A stretch of 64,000 nucleotides of DNA from Gnetum montanum (taxonomy: Eukaryota; Plantae; Gnetophyta). Each line of letters begins with the position of its first letter. Position 1 is the first letter of the stretch. The translations under genes were made by a program, and so were the position numbers. The stretch spans positions 92,570 to 156,569 of the forward strand of contig MNCI01000593.1 of assembly GCA_015680685.1 (NCBI GenBank), in the 5' to 3' direction. The notes below the pieces were generated by a model. It did not search any database. It was not told the DNA's origin and saw only the letters and a list, made by a program, of their open reading frames with translations. Positions 13,101 to 25,100 of this stretch are shown piece after piece.

Positions 13101-16100
13101 TGGGGCAGAAGGATTGAAGTCTTTGTGTAGGTGCTCGTGGAGGCATTGGGGGTGGAGGCGGCAGTGGAAATTGTGGCCCCTGTGGCAATGGCATAGACGA
13201 ACGCCATGGAGTTCTTTCGTGGGTTGGTTCCCAGGATGGCTAGTAGGCACATTCGGCATTTCGGGTTACAGGACATCTAGAAAGATGCGGCGTTGATGGT
13301 TGAAAGGTACTTTGTTTAGTTTGGGTACCCCCACAAACTGGTGGGGGTGCATTCCACTTCCTTGGAAGTACCTTAAACAGGGCTCCCATGTGAACTTGCC
13401 CCAGTTCTTTTGGGAATTGTTGAATAGGTGGCGGTCAGGGCGACACCCTGGGGTTATTCTTGCGTTATTGTGCAGGGGTATCCCCATTGCCTGCTCGGCA
13501 ACAACTATTGTTTATTAGAGGTGTAGGGGTTTTGGGTAGGCGGCTTGGGAAGTGCAATCGGATCAGCGGAAGTCACTATTTGATGACGTTGCTGCCTTTG
13601 GTTTGTCTTCCACTGTGCTGTCAGTACAGCTTGCTTGTGGGTGTTCTCGTGGTAGAACACTAATGGAGGGCTTCTCACACTACGGCTAAGCAGGTGAGGT
13701 TGGAGGAGGGCGTGAGATGGCAACATAGGTGGGAGGAGATGTGACAACAGGCTAGGCAGGAGGCAAATGAGGCATAGTTGTGGGACATCCAATGGATGGA
13801 GGATGTTCTCACAGAACACTGAGGGCTTGACCCAGCTTCTCGTGATTGGGTACGGGGTTGTGGTGCAATAGTTGATGATGACTACGATTGCATTGGGGAC
13901 GTTGGCGGGGGTTGAGGTCGGGGATTGCATCGGCCAACCAATTGGGCCTCGAATCTGGGAGAGTGGTGTATGACCTTTCGGGGCACCATGGGGAGGGGGT
14001 GAAAGTATGGCAAATTAATGGAGGGAAAATGTGGTTGTTTGGGGCACTTGTTGNCCGAGGTCATATTGTCTTTGGCTGTCAAACTTGTTTGAACTCCTGG
14101 TCTTCCAAGATCTAGGGATTGGTGGCATTGCTACTGTGATGGCACGTGCGCATGCACGACACGGGCATGTGGCTATGGCCCTCAGGTGATGGTGGGCATT
14201 GGCCTGTGATGTACAATTGTTCACACATATTTTGGATTAATATAAGCTTGAACATTACTCCAAAAAAATGTATCCTCTTTAGCATCAAAGAAAATTTCAT
14301 CATAACAGATAGCATCCACACTTAAAATTTCCTTACAACTAGGAAGCATCAATGAAAATTTCATATTACCAACATTACTCTCAACAATAGTGGACATCAA
14401 CCTAAACTTATGATTGCCTTGCTTCATATAGTCCAACTATTATTTTCTTGATAAAAAATAGCCTTATTATCATAATTCCATGGCCTACTAAATATGAGAT
14501 TTGAACAATCAATGGGCAACACATCACAATAAATCTGGTCATGAAAATCTCCAATGGAATAATCAATAAGGCACTGTTTCTTAACTTGCTTATAATGATT
14601 CTTCATTAACCAATGCACTTTGTATGGATTAGGGTGAGGAAGTGTAGCTAAATGTAATGACTTCACAGCTTTGGTAGAATTCACATTTTCTTGTGCACCA
14701 CCATCAATGAACATACTCAATAAATGACCTTGAACATCACAATGAGTCTTAAACAAACTCTTCCTCATAACATCCTCATTGGCACTAACATGCCCAACAA
14801 AAGTGCAACTATTCAACTCACTTTGATCAGCAATGTACAAAGGATCATATTCACATATCTTCTTTAAAGATTTAGGCTCATCCTCTTGCATAGTTTGAAC
14901 TTCCCTACCCTTATAGACATTCTTCTTTGGCTTAGTACACTCCCATTGTCTATGACTTGATTTACCACAATTATAACATATATCTTTACATTGATTTTAT
15001 ATTTTGGAGATCTTTCCCTTCTTCTTTCCCTCCTTGGAGAATTTGACTCCTTTTCTCTCTTCTTTTGCTCATATTGACCATCCTCCTTGGATGATTTCCA
15101 TGACTTTTGAATTATCTCTTCCTCATGCCTTTTCTTGTGATTTTTGTCCTTCTTTAAGCCAAATTTTGGAATTTTCATTTCAGCCTTGAGAGCAAGATCA
15201 TCGACTTCATCAAGAGTCTCAGGCTCACAGAATGCTAACTTTGGTTGATATTGCATCCTTAATCCACTAATGAAGTTAGAAGCTTGCTCATACTCAATCC
15301 AATGAACATTAGCCTTTTGTAACGCTTTACAAATTCAACATAATAATTTTTTAGCTCTTGATCTTCTTGCTTGAGAAATTTCAACTTTATGATGGCTTCA
15401 TGATGGAAGGATGTCTTCTCACATTTTTGCTTTAGCATGAATTTCATGAGTTGCCAACTCTCAATAGGCCCTCCATGTTCTTCAAAGTACTTGAGACATT
15501 TTTAGTCGCACCATTTGGCTGCCAATCCTTCAAGTTTTCTCTCAATAACATGAATCATTGACTCACTAAAGAGTGGCTCAACAATAAAATACTTATTTAC
15601 AACTGTAAGCTCAGAAGGAAAGAAATCTGTATCCTCAACACCCTTGAAGATGGGAATATCTACATGAGAAACTCTTAAAGCACTTCTTAAAATCTTTACA
15701 AACCTTTCATCATCATTTTCTTCATTATTATGAAGAAAATGAAACTTTTGCTCATACCTCTGAGTTCTAGTCTCTTCTTTCCTTGGAGTCCTTTGATCAT
15801 TTCTTCCTTTTGATCTTTGCATAGATGCAAAACAATTCTCTTCTTTAATCTCCTTTTCACTTCTTCTTGAAGTTTCTTCAAAATTTGGTGTTTGCTGGCC
15901 ATTACTTTGGGAAGGACTTCTTGCATTTCAGCAACAAAAGCCTTAAATGAGTCTTTAAGCTCTTGAAGCTCTTGATGTGTCTTCTTCTTAGGAGCCATAC
16001 CTTTCATAAAGCTAATGGTAAAATCTTAAACCAACAAGATGAGATCTTTAGGGCATACCTTTTAATTCAAGGCAACAAGGTACTAAACCCTAACACAAAG

Positions 16101-19100
16101 TGTAATGAAGATATAATTCACTTAAAACCCTAACATTTCAATCAAATGGGTGCTCAATTATCTAAAAGAAACTTGACCTTATGAGATTTCAGCAATCTTT
16201 ACCAAGCTTAGGTTCTCCAAACCCTAAGTGGCTATAAAGCTTCAAAATTTCATCAAAACTTATGTGTGGATTCCTCCAAACCAAGCACTCCGATACCAAT
16301 CTGTTGCAGAGCCTACCTCAATAGACCCCAAAAGGACCCATTCCACAAACTTTCCAAGCAAATTAAGCTTAGAAAACAAGAACAACCCAAAGAATTGGAG
16401 AAAATTCTCTCTTTTGTTAAATAACTCTCAAAATATAGACAAATGCATCAAAGATGAGGAGGCAAGCTCAACTCACATATCTCCCAAGGATCTTAGAGGC
16501 CACACATGTCCCCTCTCAATCCTCAATTGTTCATAATGGAACCAAAGCTCAAGACAAGACATGTATAAGAGATTCTTCTAATCTCTTTCAAGTGCGCTTC
16601 CTTGCCTCTCACTCAAATTCCTTGCATAAGCTCTCTTCTTGCACAAGCTCTTATGAGACCCCTGAAACCTCTCTCTCAACTCTTGCCCAAACTCAAGCCT
16701 TGGACACTTATTTATAGCTTCTTGGTGTGGCCTTTTATCTTTTTAGTATTCAAAATACAAATTAATATTTGTTGGAGTTTGCCAAAGAAGATGTCTTTGG
16801 AGAGGAGAAGACGTCTTTTCTGAGCCGAAACTCTTGTAGAGAAGACATCTTTGGACTGTGGAAGACATCTTGGCATGGCTGAGAGCCTGTGATATGCAAA
16901 GACATCTTTCAATCTGGGAAGACATCTTTCATCTAGAAAAGACATCTTTCAAGCCTGGAAGATGTCTTTCCAGGTCTGTCCATCAGTCATCTACAATCCA
17001 AGTTGAAGTTCCAAATACCTTCAACAAGCTCCTAAAAGCCCTGAAACATCCCTGAAAACATCATGAACTCCTCAAGACAGAAAGGTAACACACACAGAAA
17101 ACAATACATTGAAGATTACATAAAGGGCTGGGTGATGTCCTTATTGCTAACACCTTAGGGTTCGGTTGACTGTTACAATGTTCATCACTACCAAGCATTT
17201 CCTAGTATGAAGATTAGATGGTTCACTAAAAATTAGCTGTGATTTTGGGTTCATGAAAATAGTATTGCTAGTCATGTTTTCTAAAGATATGAAACTACAT
17301 ATGGACAGATAAGTGCTTCAATATTTCACTAGTAAATATCCGTTTAGCCAATTCAACATTTATTTGAATACCATCCTTCTTGTCTTTCTCTTTTGGTAAT
17401 AAATTGGTGCACCATGCCAACAATTACCCAGTTGGTAACTTAGCTAGAATTTAAATTCTGTATTAGCTATAAAAAAATATTATCTACAACAGCAATATCA
17501 AAGATTACCTTTCAAAATTAGTACATTACAGGATTCTTCAAATAGATATCTCTAAGATAAAACATATATATACATTTTGGTACATGCATGTTGCTAGGAA
17601 CTGTGTTTTTGGATTTTCTTATTTAGAGTATAAAATATTTATCAATTCTATGTATCACCAAGATGACATGCTATCTACAGAAAACATTGCATAAAAATGA
17701 TAATGTGGTAAACCTGGTTAACATTGTTATTGGGTGACTTTGAAGTATTTTATTTGCATTGAAAATCATCATTATCCTAGCCTTGTCCCAACTTGGCTAC
17801 ATGAGTTCTTTTTCATCATTTGCCTCTATGAAAAGCTAGATTTTTGTTTATTTGCAGTTTCTTCAAACCATCTTCAATTTTTTCCCATCTCTTTTTTGGT
17901 CTTCCTTTCGGTGGTTTTGTTGAAATAGTGATGGAGCAACTTTTTTTATAAGTTCATTGTCTAACCTTCTTTGCACATGTCCAAACCATCAAAGCCATCA
18001 TTGTTGTAGTTTATCTGAAATAGAAGGCACTCCAAGTCTTCCTCTACTGTCTATATTATGCACTTTATCTCTTTTGGTAACATTCAACATCCATCTAAAC
18101 ATTTGCATTTCTGCCACACTGATTTGTTGCTCATGCCCTTTTTGTACTGCCCATCATTTAGCATCATATAAGATAGCAAGCCTAATTGCTGTCCTATAAA
18201 ATTTTCTCTTCAATTTTATGGATATTCTTTTATCATATAGAATACCACTAGCCTATTTCCATTTTGACTATCCTACCTCAATTCTATTTTTTTACATCTT
18301 TATCAATTTCACCATTTGATTGGAGGATTGATCCTAGGGAGCAAAACTATTTATGGTGAGGGACTTCTTGGTCTTTATATTTTACCACTGTTTATGCTGT
18401 TATTAAAATTGCATTCAATATATTTTGTCTTAATTCTACTAATTTTTAAGCCTTTTGATTTTAGAACATGTCTTCACTTCTCTATTTTAGGAGCAATATT
18501 TTCTCGAGTTGTATCCATTAACACAATATCATTTGCAAATAGCTTACACCAAGAGATTCCATCTTGTATTTTCTTTGTTAATTCATCTATAATAATGACA
18601 AATAAGTATCGGCTAAGCACACACCCTTGATGTAAACCTACTATGACTGGAAAATCAAATGTTGTTCCACAAGCTGTTCTAATTTTAGTGGTAGCTCCTT
18701 GATACATATATTGTATCACTTTAATATATTTTCAGGGATGTATTTCCTCTACAAAGCCCACCAAATAATATCACTAGGCACAATGTCATATGCTTTTTCC
18801 AAGTTAATGAAGATCGTATGTATATTTTTTTCTATGTTTTCTGAATTTTGCCATCAATTGTCATATCAAGAAAATTGCCTCTATAGTGGATTCCCATGGC
18901 ATAAATCCAAATTGATTTTCTGATACTATTGATTCAAGACTCTCCCAAAGCTTCATAGTATATCTCATTAGCTTGATCCCTCTATAGTTTGTCCAATTTT
19001 GTACATCTATTTTATTTTTATAGATAAGAATAACAATGCTTTTTCTCCAATTGTTGGGCATTTCTTCATTTTTCAAAATTTTGTTAAATAAGTGTGTTAG

Positions 19101-22100
19101 CCAAGAAACTCTTGTATCTCTTGGTGCTTTCCAAGCTTCTATAGGAATATATTTCTTGTTTTTGATTTTTGCTAATTTATAAATAGGTTTTTCTCTTTTC
19201 TTTGTTCCTAATTTTTCATAAGAGTTGTCCAAGGCCTTATTGTTGGCATTGGCTACTCCTACTATTGTCTCCTTTTTTGCGATTTTGTATATCAGCCTAT
19301 TTTCTTGGCTATTGCTTCAGTATCATTTCTTAAAGTAGTTTTTCTTATTTTGGATAGCATGTTGTGCTTCATTAGTCCACCACCATGTCTCGTTTGGGAT
19401 GTATTTTTTGCATTTTGTTTTACCTAAAATACTCTTTCCAATTTTCTAAATGTAACTTTCCATTTGGCCCCAAATTAAATTTGCAGAGAAATCCCAATTT
19501 CAGGTGCCTTCGTGAAACAGTTATTCTCTAAATAAGGTGATGTTATCTTCCTTCAAATTTCACCACTTTATGCATTTAGTCTCTTTTCTCGTGCTACCTT
19601 TGAAGCTCTATATAGCTAAGTCCATGACCATTAGTCAATGTTGAGTTGTAAGGCACTCTCCAAGTATGACCTTGCAGTCTTTGCACATGGCCCAATCATT
19701 TTTGTGTAGCAAGAAATAATCAATTTGTGTTTTATTTTTTTTTCTTTGAGAAAGAGGTCGGGATTATATTAAAAAGACTCAAAGTATGTTACAAAAGATT
19801 ACAAGCGATTACAAGCGGTGGGCCATAAGGAATGTTCCCACCGAGAGGGGATGGCCCCCAAATCACAAAAATTGCGATCAAGACGGTCAAAATAGAAAAC
19901 GGCAGATACAGCAGGGGGGGCGCCCCCTCGGAAAGTGGGGGGGCACCCCCACATGAAGCCACCCAGCGAACTGGGGGGNNNNNNNNNNNNNNNNNNNNNN
20001 NNNNNNNNNNNNNNNNNNNNNNNNNNNNNNNNNNNNNNNNNNNNNNNNNNNNNNNNNNNNNNNNNNNNNNNNNNNNNNNNNNNNNNNNNNNNNNNNNNNN
20101 NNNNNNNNNNNNNNNNNNNGGGGGGCAACCACCCATTACGGGTTCGTTAGCAGCCGTCGGCAGGCGCAGTTGGGGTGCTCCAACTCATGGAGGATATCGA
20201 GAGTGTTCCGATGATCTTCAGTGTCCACGAAGCTGGCTGCCTGCTGGAGGCCCTGCATGAGCGACTCCCGTCTACCCCTGTCCTCCTGCGAAGCTCCCGC
20301 ATCTGGGTGGTACCGCGCCGAGGTTCGGCGGATGTGTCGTCTAAGTTCCATCCAGGAGCTCTCACAGTTGATGCCAAGAATAAGGTATGGGCATCGCCCC
20401 TCCCGCAGCCATTGTTGGGCATTATGCCCTGGTGGGCGTGGTCAAGTTGTCTCTGCCGCTGGTCTTCCTCCTCCTGGAGCCGCTCCTGCTCCGCCCGCTC
20501 TGCCTGCTCATGTCGTCTCTGGGCCTCCTCTTCCTGAGTTAGCTCTTCCCGAACCTGGGCCCTGATTTCATCAATGAGGCGGGCCCTGGCAGCCTTAGCC
20601 ATGAGCTCCTGCTGTTTGACCCGTTCCTGCTCGCGCTCAGTGACCTGGGCTTTAATGTCGGCCCGGGCCTGCGCGAGGGCTTCGTTCCATTTGGCCTCCC
20701 ACTCTTCCTGTACTTCGTCTGCTGCCCTTTGTGTGGCTTGTTGAAGCTTCTCATTCCAGTTCCTCCGGCCAGACGTCTTCGGCNNNNNNNNNNNNNNNNN
20801 NNNNNNNNNNTCGGACTATCAGAGCGTTCGGGGGAATGCCTCTCCGTTCACCCCTGTGGAACGGAGGAACCCCAACAGGGCCAATCGCCCCCCCGCCCAG
20901 GCACTGCCTCAGCCTGCGGCCTAGCCGAGGGGGAGCACTCCGGGGAAACCCCCCGCGGGGGGGGGGGGGGGGGGGGAGGAGGAGGAGGGGGGCTGCCCCC
21001 CCTCCGCCCCCTGCCAGAGCGCTAGAATTAGACCAGAGTGGCGGCTGCGGCGCTTGAGCCTAAGGGTCTCCTTAAAGAAGCGGGGGAGGTTGACCTGGCT
21101 ACCCAATCTGAGACAGCGCAGGAAGGCAAAGTGTAGGCCCTGCAACTTGGAGGCGTTGCTAGATTGGACGAAGAAACGGTCAACCAAATCTGCTCCCTGG
21201 GCCCATAGGCACAGCAAGGAAGATTTGGGCACTTGTTGGCTCCTAGTTCGGGGGACGGGCCCATCAAAGAACATTTCCGCATCCTGGAGGCCACGGGTGG
21301 ATGGCAAAATGATTTCTCCAGCGATCGGGGCCCCTAGACAGCTAGCAATCGAAGATTCTGTAATCCAGATTTCGCGCCCGCAGAAGAAGGTACGGTCGTT
21401 GACCCAGTTGGAGAAAAACGCGTCATCTGCCAGATCTGGATCCTCGACCAGCCGCTACAGAGGGTCTGACCAGTTGCACTGGGCCACCATCTGCCAAAGC
21501 ACCTCGTCCTCCTGGAACGCGGCGCAGTTCGGTTCGAAAGTGGGCGTGACTCCCATCGTCGCCTCGAGTTCCTTCCATGCGGCGAGAGCTTGGGAGACCA
21601 GCCGCTGCGGAGGGGGGTGCTGCTGCTATTGGAAGATTGCGTTATTCCGTGCCTTCCACGCTACCCATAAAAGGAGCGTGGCTTGGGAGTCACCCATGAG
21701 GCGCCTTAGGGGGGGCATAGCCGCCGCGTGCCACATGGTGCGCATGCAAGGGCACTCAGCCGCGAAGTGTTGTGCCGTTTCAGCAGCAGCGTCGCATGTA
21801 GGACACGTATCACTGCTTAGAATCCTGCACCGTCATAGCAGGGCCCATATTGGCAACGTATCAATTTGTGTTTTATTGATACCACTCTTATATGTAATTA
21901 AATGTTCAATCTTCTTCTTGAAATAAGTATTTGCATTTACAAGGTCATTGGAACTTGCACATTGCAGTAGTGAATCTTCCATATCATTATGCTCTCCAAA
22001 TTCATGTCATCCATGAATCTTGTCATACCTCATTTTCATAAATAAAACATGACCTTTAAAATCCCCTCCAATGAATATGCTTTCTTCTTGTGGAATTTCT

Positions 22101-25100
22101 TGAAGCACAATATCCCTAGAATCTCAAAAATCTTGGTTGATGAAATTTTCTAGGCTAATTTGAAAATACTTAATGATCTTAAACTGAAATTTTATTACAT
22201 CTGTAGACCCTATGGATTTATTGGATAGGAGAAATATACATGCTTTGAGTTTTGAAACCATCATTAATAAAATTGCCAATTGCCAAGGGTTCTTGGTAAC
22301 ATTTAGAGCAAATAAACCAAATTTGCAACTATAATATCCCATTTATGTCTAATGTGCTCAAATGTAGGATATTGCAAGAAAATGTGGTATTATCTTCAAT
22401 CTATTTGTATTGCAGAGTTAGCATATTCATTCTTCACAAGGAAATTTGAGCCATCTACATATTTCTACTCTCAGATGTTGAGATCCGAGTTGTGCTCTGG
22501 TAATTGTGCATTGCAAATAATGAGGAATAATGGCAGATAAATAGTTTGCTTAATATAAGTAAAGACATTGTGCTTTCCTCATTGTAAGCATAAGTGCTTT
22601 GGCAGCTTGCACATGAAAACGTACACTTAATGCTATGCTATTTGCTAAAAATTTAGATAAAGCATGTTTTGTTACTATATATTCCATATACTTGTGAACC
22701 CATTAATGTTTTTGGAGTTTCAGGAATTTATGCATGTGCTTTGAATGATAGCCGATATAGAGTTTAACTGAATATGTTTTAATAATCACACCATCTTGTG
22801 ACTTTCAGGTTGGAATCATGACCTTTTTCTTAAGTTCAATCCTGGATAACTTGACCACTACAATCGTCATGGTTTCACTCCTAAGAAAATTGATCCCTGA
22901 TCCTGAGTATCGAAGGTATAGCTTATCTCACTATCTTATTTTCAGGAATATCTAAATCAATGTCTCATTGTGCAAAGAGCTGCTGGCTATCAAATGATGT
23001 TGTTGCATTAAAAGAGTATTTGTAACGAACCACTTCTCCTTGAGTTTTAGTGTTAACAATTATAATAGTCTTTCTGTGTGTTTGTGTGCATGTTTTGTTG
23101 ACAAGTTGTGTGTGTGCTTAAATGTTTAAATACTTTATGCATAAGAAATATGATTTAAAATACATATTGGGAATGTTTTAAAATAATAATAATAAATAAT
23201 ATATGGAAAAACAAAATATTTTTTGTTCTACTTCAACAAAGATGTTGAGAAACAAAAGAAAAATAGAGAACAATGCTCTAAGGTGTGCCTCAAGAGCTAA
23301 AGCAGGTATGTTGAGATGCAAAAGAATGCTCATATTGAGGAACTTGACCTATGAATCAAGTTGGAGGAACTTGACCCATGAATTAGGGATATTGTGAGAA
23401 AATACTGTAGCTTTATATTTTATTTTATCTAAATGTGATGCATTGCTCTTTTTAGTTTAAAATAGTAGAGTATAAGTACCCTCTCCATGGCTGTAGAAAG
23501 GTCACGTGATGACTTTTCAAGGCTCATAAGATGATGAGAAAATTCACATTGCTGATGACCTAAAACAGAAGGTGCCTTATTTGATTATATATCCTAAAGT
23601 ACCCTAATCATGAATCTATTTTGAAAACTTTTTCCTTGCACCTTATGACAATTTTGAATGATAAAGAGATAGATATTATGCTGGAACGTTTTGTAATTAT
23701 CAAGAGGAATTGAACCTAAGATCTAGCAAAATCTAAATTCTAAAATATCAAAAATTGTTGATTTAGGAATTGAACCTGCAACTTGTGAATGTACATATTT
23801 TATTGATTTTTTTTATAGTGATCATGAAGAGAATTGAACTTATGACTCATTGCTGAAAAAAAAAGAGAGAACTTTAAAAGGAAAGAAAAGAATACAAACA
23901 GTTCCCAAGATGTTAGTTACAAAAAACCATCCATTATCCCTTATTCCACCTACAAATAGGGAGAGGAGGAGAGAAAAAAAAAAACACAAAGGCAAAAGTA
24001 GCTGATTTAGACAAAAACAAAAAACAAAAAAAAGAAAGAGATACAACAAGGAGTGTGGCTAAGAAGGGAGAGAAGATTGTGGCTGCTATAAGAGATAGCA
24101 AGGAGAAAGAAAACAAGTGTGGCATAGCAATCCAATATTTTGATAATTCCTCCTAGTAAGAAAGATATCTAAGCAAGGAGATAAAATGATCCATCTCTGT
24201 TATGTTTGATAATGCTCAGCAAGGGCTGATTTTCTCAAACTTCTCTCTTCTTGCTTGCCTAGCCACCTTCACAATGCTTGTATGAAATTATCAAGATTGT
24301 TGTTGTAAGCTTAGATTGTTGAAACCTTTATTACTTTTTTTGGATCTCTCCACCTGTCCTCTACACTCTCACACCTAAATAACTTGGATGAAAGTTGTTT
24401 CTGTAATGATTTAGAAACACTCATAACGATTTGGGGCATTTTTGGCAAAAGATTGCCAACAGGGGCCAAGGATCCCTGATATGAACATTGGTACCACCAA
24501 CAGAAAGTGAGAGTATCCTTGGGCCCATGGATAATTGTGAATGTTTTAAAATTGTTGAATTCTTGGGTGTTGGTTAGAATTTGGTTGATGAACCCTCCCT
24601 CTTTGAATGCATAAATTTTGGATCTGAATTTTGAATTATACTTTTTTTTCCTATACCTTCTCAAGTCTGATTTTGATATCTTTTTATAAGTTGATGGAGT
24701 GGGGGAAAACTTAGGATGTTAATTTATGGTTGTGATTTATCTATTCTCTGTTGTTGAACATATGAATCTCTTGATTAAATGATTAATGATAAAAAGGTTA
24801 CAAGAGTTAAATTAAGATGATCTTGTTTTGTGTGTTGCTGGAAATTATAAAATATTATTATGTGATTGAACAAATCTGAGATTATTAATTTATCCGCTTC
24901 TGTGGTCATTTCTTTGGTTTACAAATGTGTAAATGATCTTAATTAGATATTTCTTTTTTGGGCGAATAAAAAAAAAGCTTGATTTTTTTTAATTTGATGA
25001 ATCTTGCATAGATATTTTACTATGGCTATTTCTTTTTAAAATTATCTTTTAATTCTTAAAATTAATATTGATTGACCTGATTCAGAGCTAGATCTAGGTG

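Larger units (their letters stand above)
7813..14268 (+). mobile_element. L1-clade LINE (L1-a), near full length, degenerate
   Basis: ORF1 remnant at ~7820-9160 (LPSEYW, VKFENLP) and ORF2 from 9229. Short poly(A) at 14262-14268. Imperfect TSD AAATGTATC(CTC)TTTAGCATC at 7795-7812 and 14266-14286; the host reading frame DAK(E)DTF rejoins across it. Confidence 0.88.
6410..17146 (-). mobile_element. Non-autonomous CRM-like Ty3/gypsy LTR element (gag-protease only), host of an L1 insertion
   Basis: Paired LTRs at 6410-7239 and 16302-17146, imperfect TSD CTAAT/CTAAC, PBS TGGTATCGGAG (16288-16298, minus), PPT at 7240-7251, and gag/PR remnants at 14270-16007. Confidence 0.88.
17765..22200 (-). mobile_element. 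RTE-clade LINE, 5'-truncated and degenerate, interrupted by L1-b
   Basis: Endonuclease IFIGGDFKGHV and QIDYFL; RT NYRGIKLM, QFGFMP, GLHQGCVLS and LFANDIVL; RTE-type 3' end TGGGACAAGGCT plus a GAT-rich tail. The 5' boundary is approximate. Confidence 0.85.

Noticed and set aside
13800-14000. RNase H in L1-a (NTEG...GIASANQLG)
   Set aside because: Resemblance is superficial, the motifs are in different frames, and no full acidic catalytic set is visible.
21100-21280. RNase H in L1-b (MFFDG...SKLQGL)
   Set aside because: The homologous L1-a segment reads FFRG, so the Asp is not conserved, and no catalytic Glu/Asp follow. It is part of the extra domain.
21054-21926. 290-aa plus-strand ORF
   Set aside because: Antisense shadow of the GC-rich L1-b ORF2; the meaningful motifs are on the minus strand.
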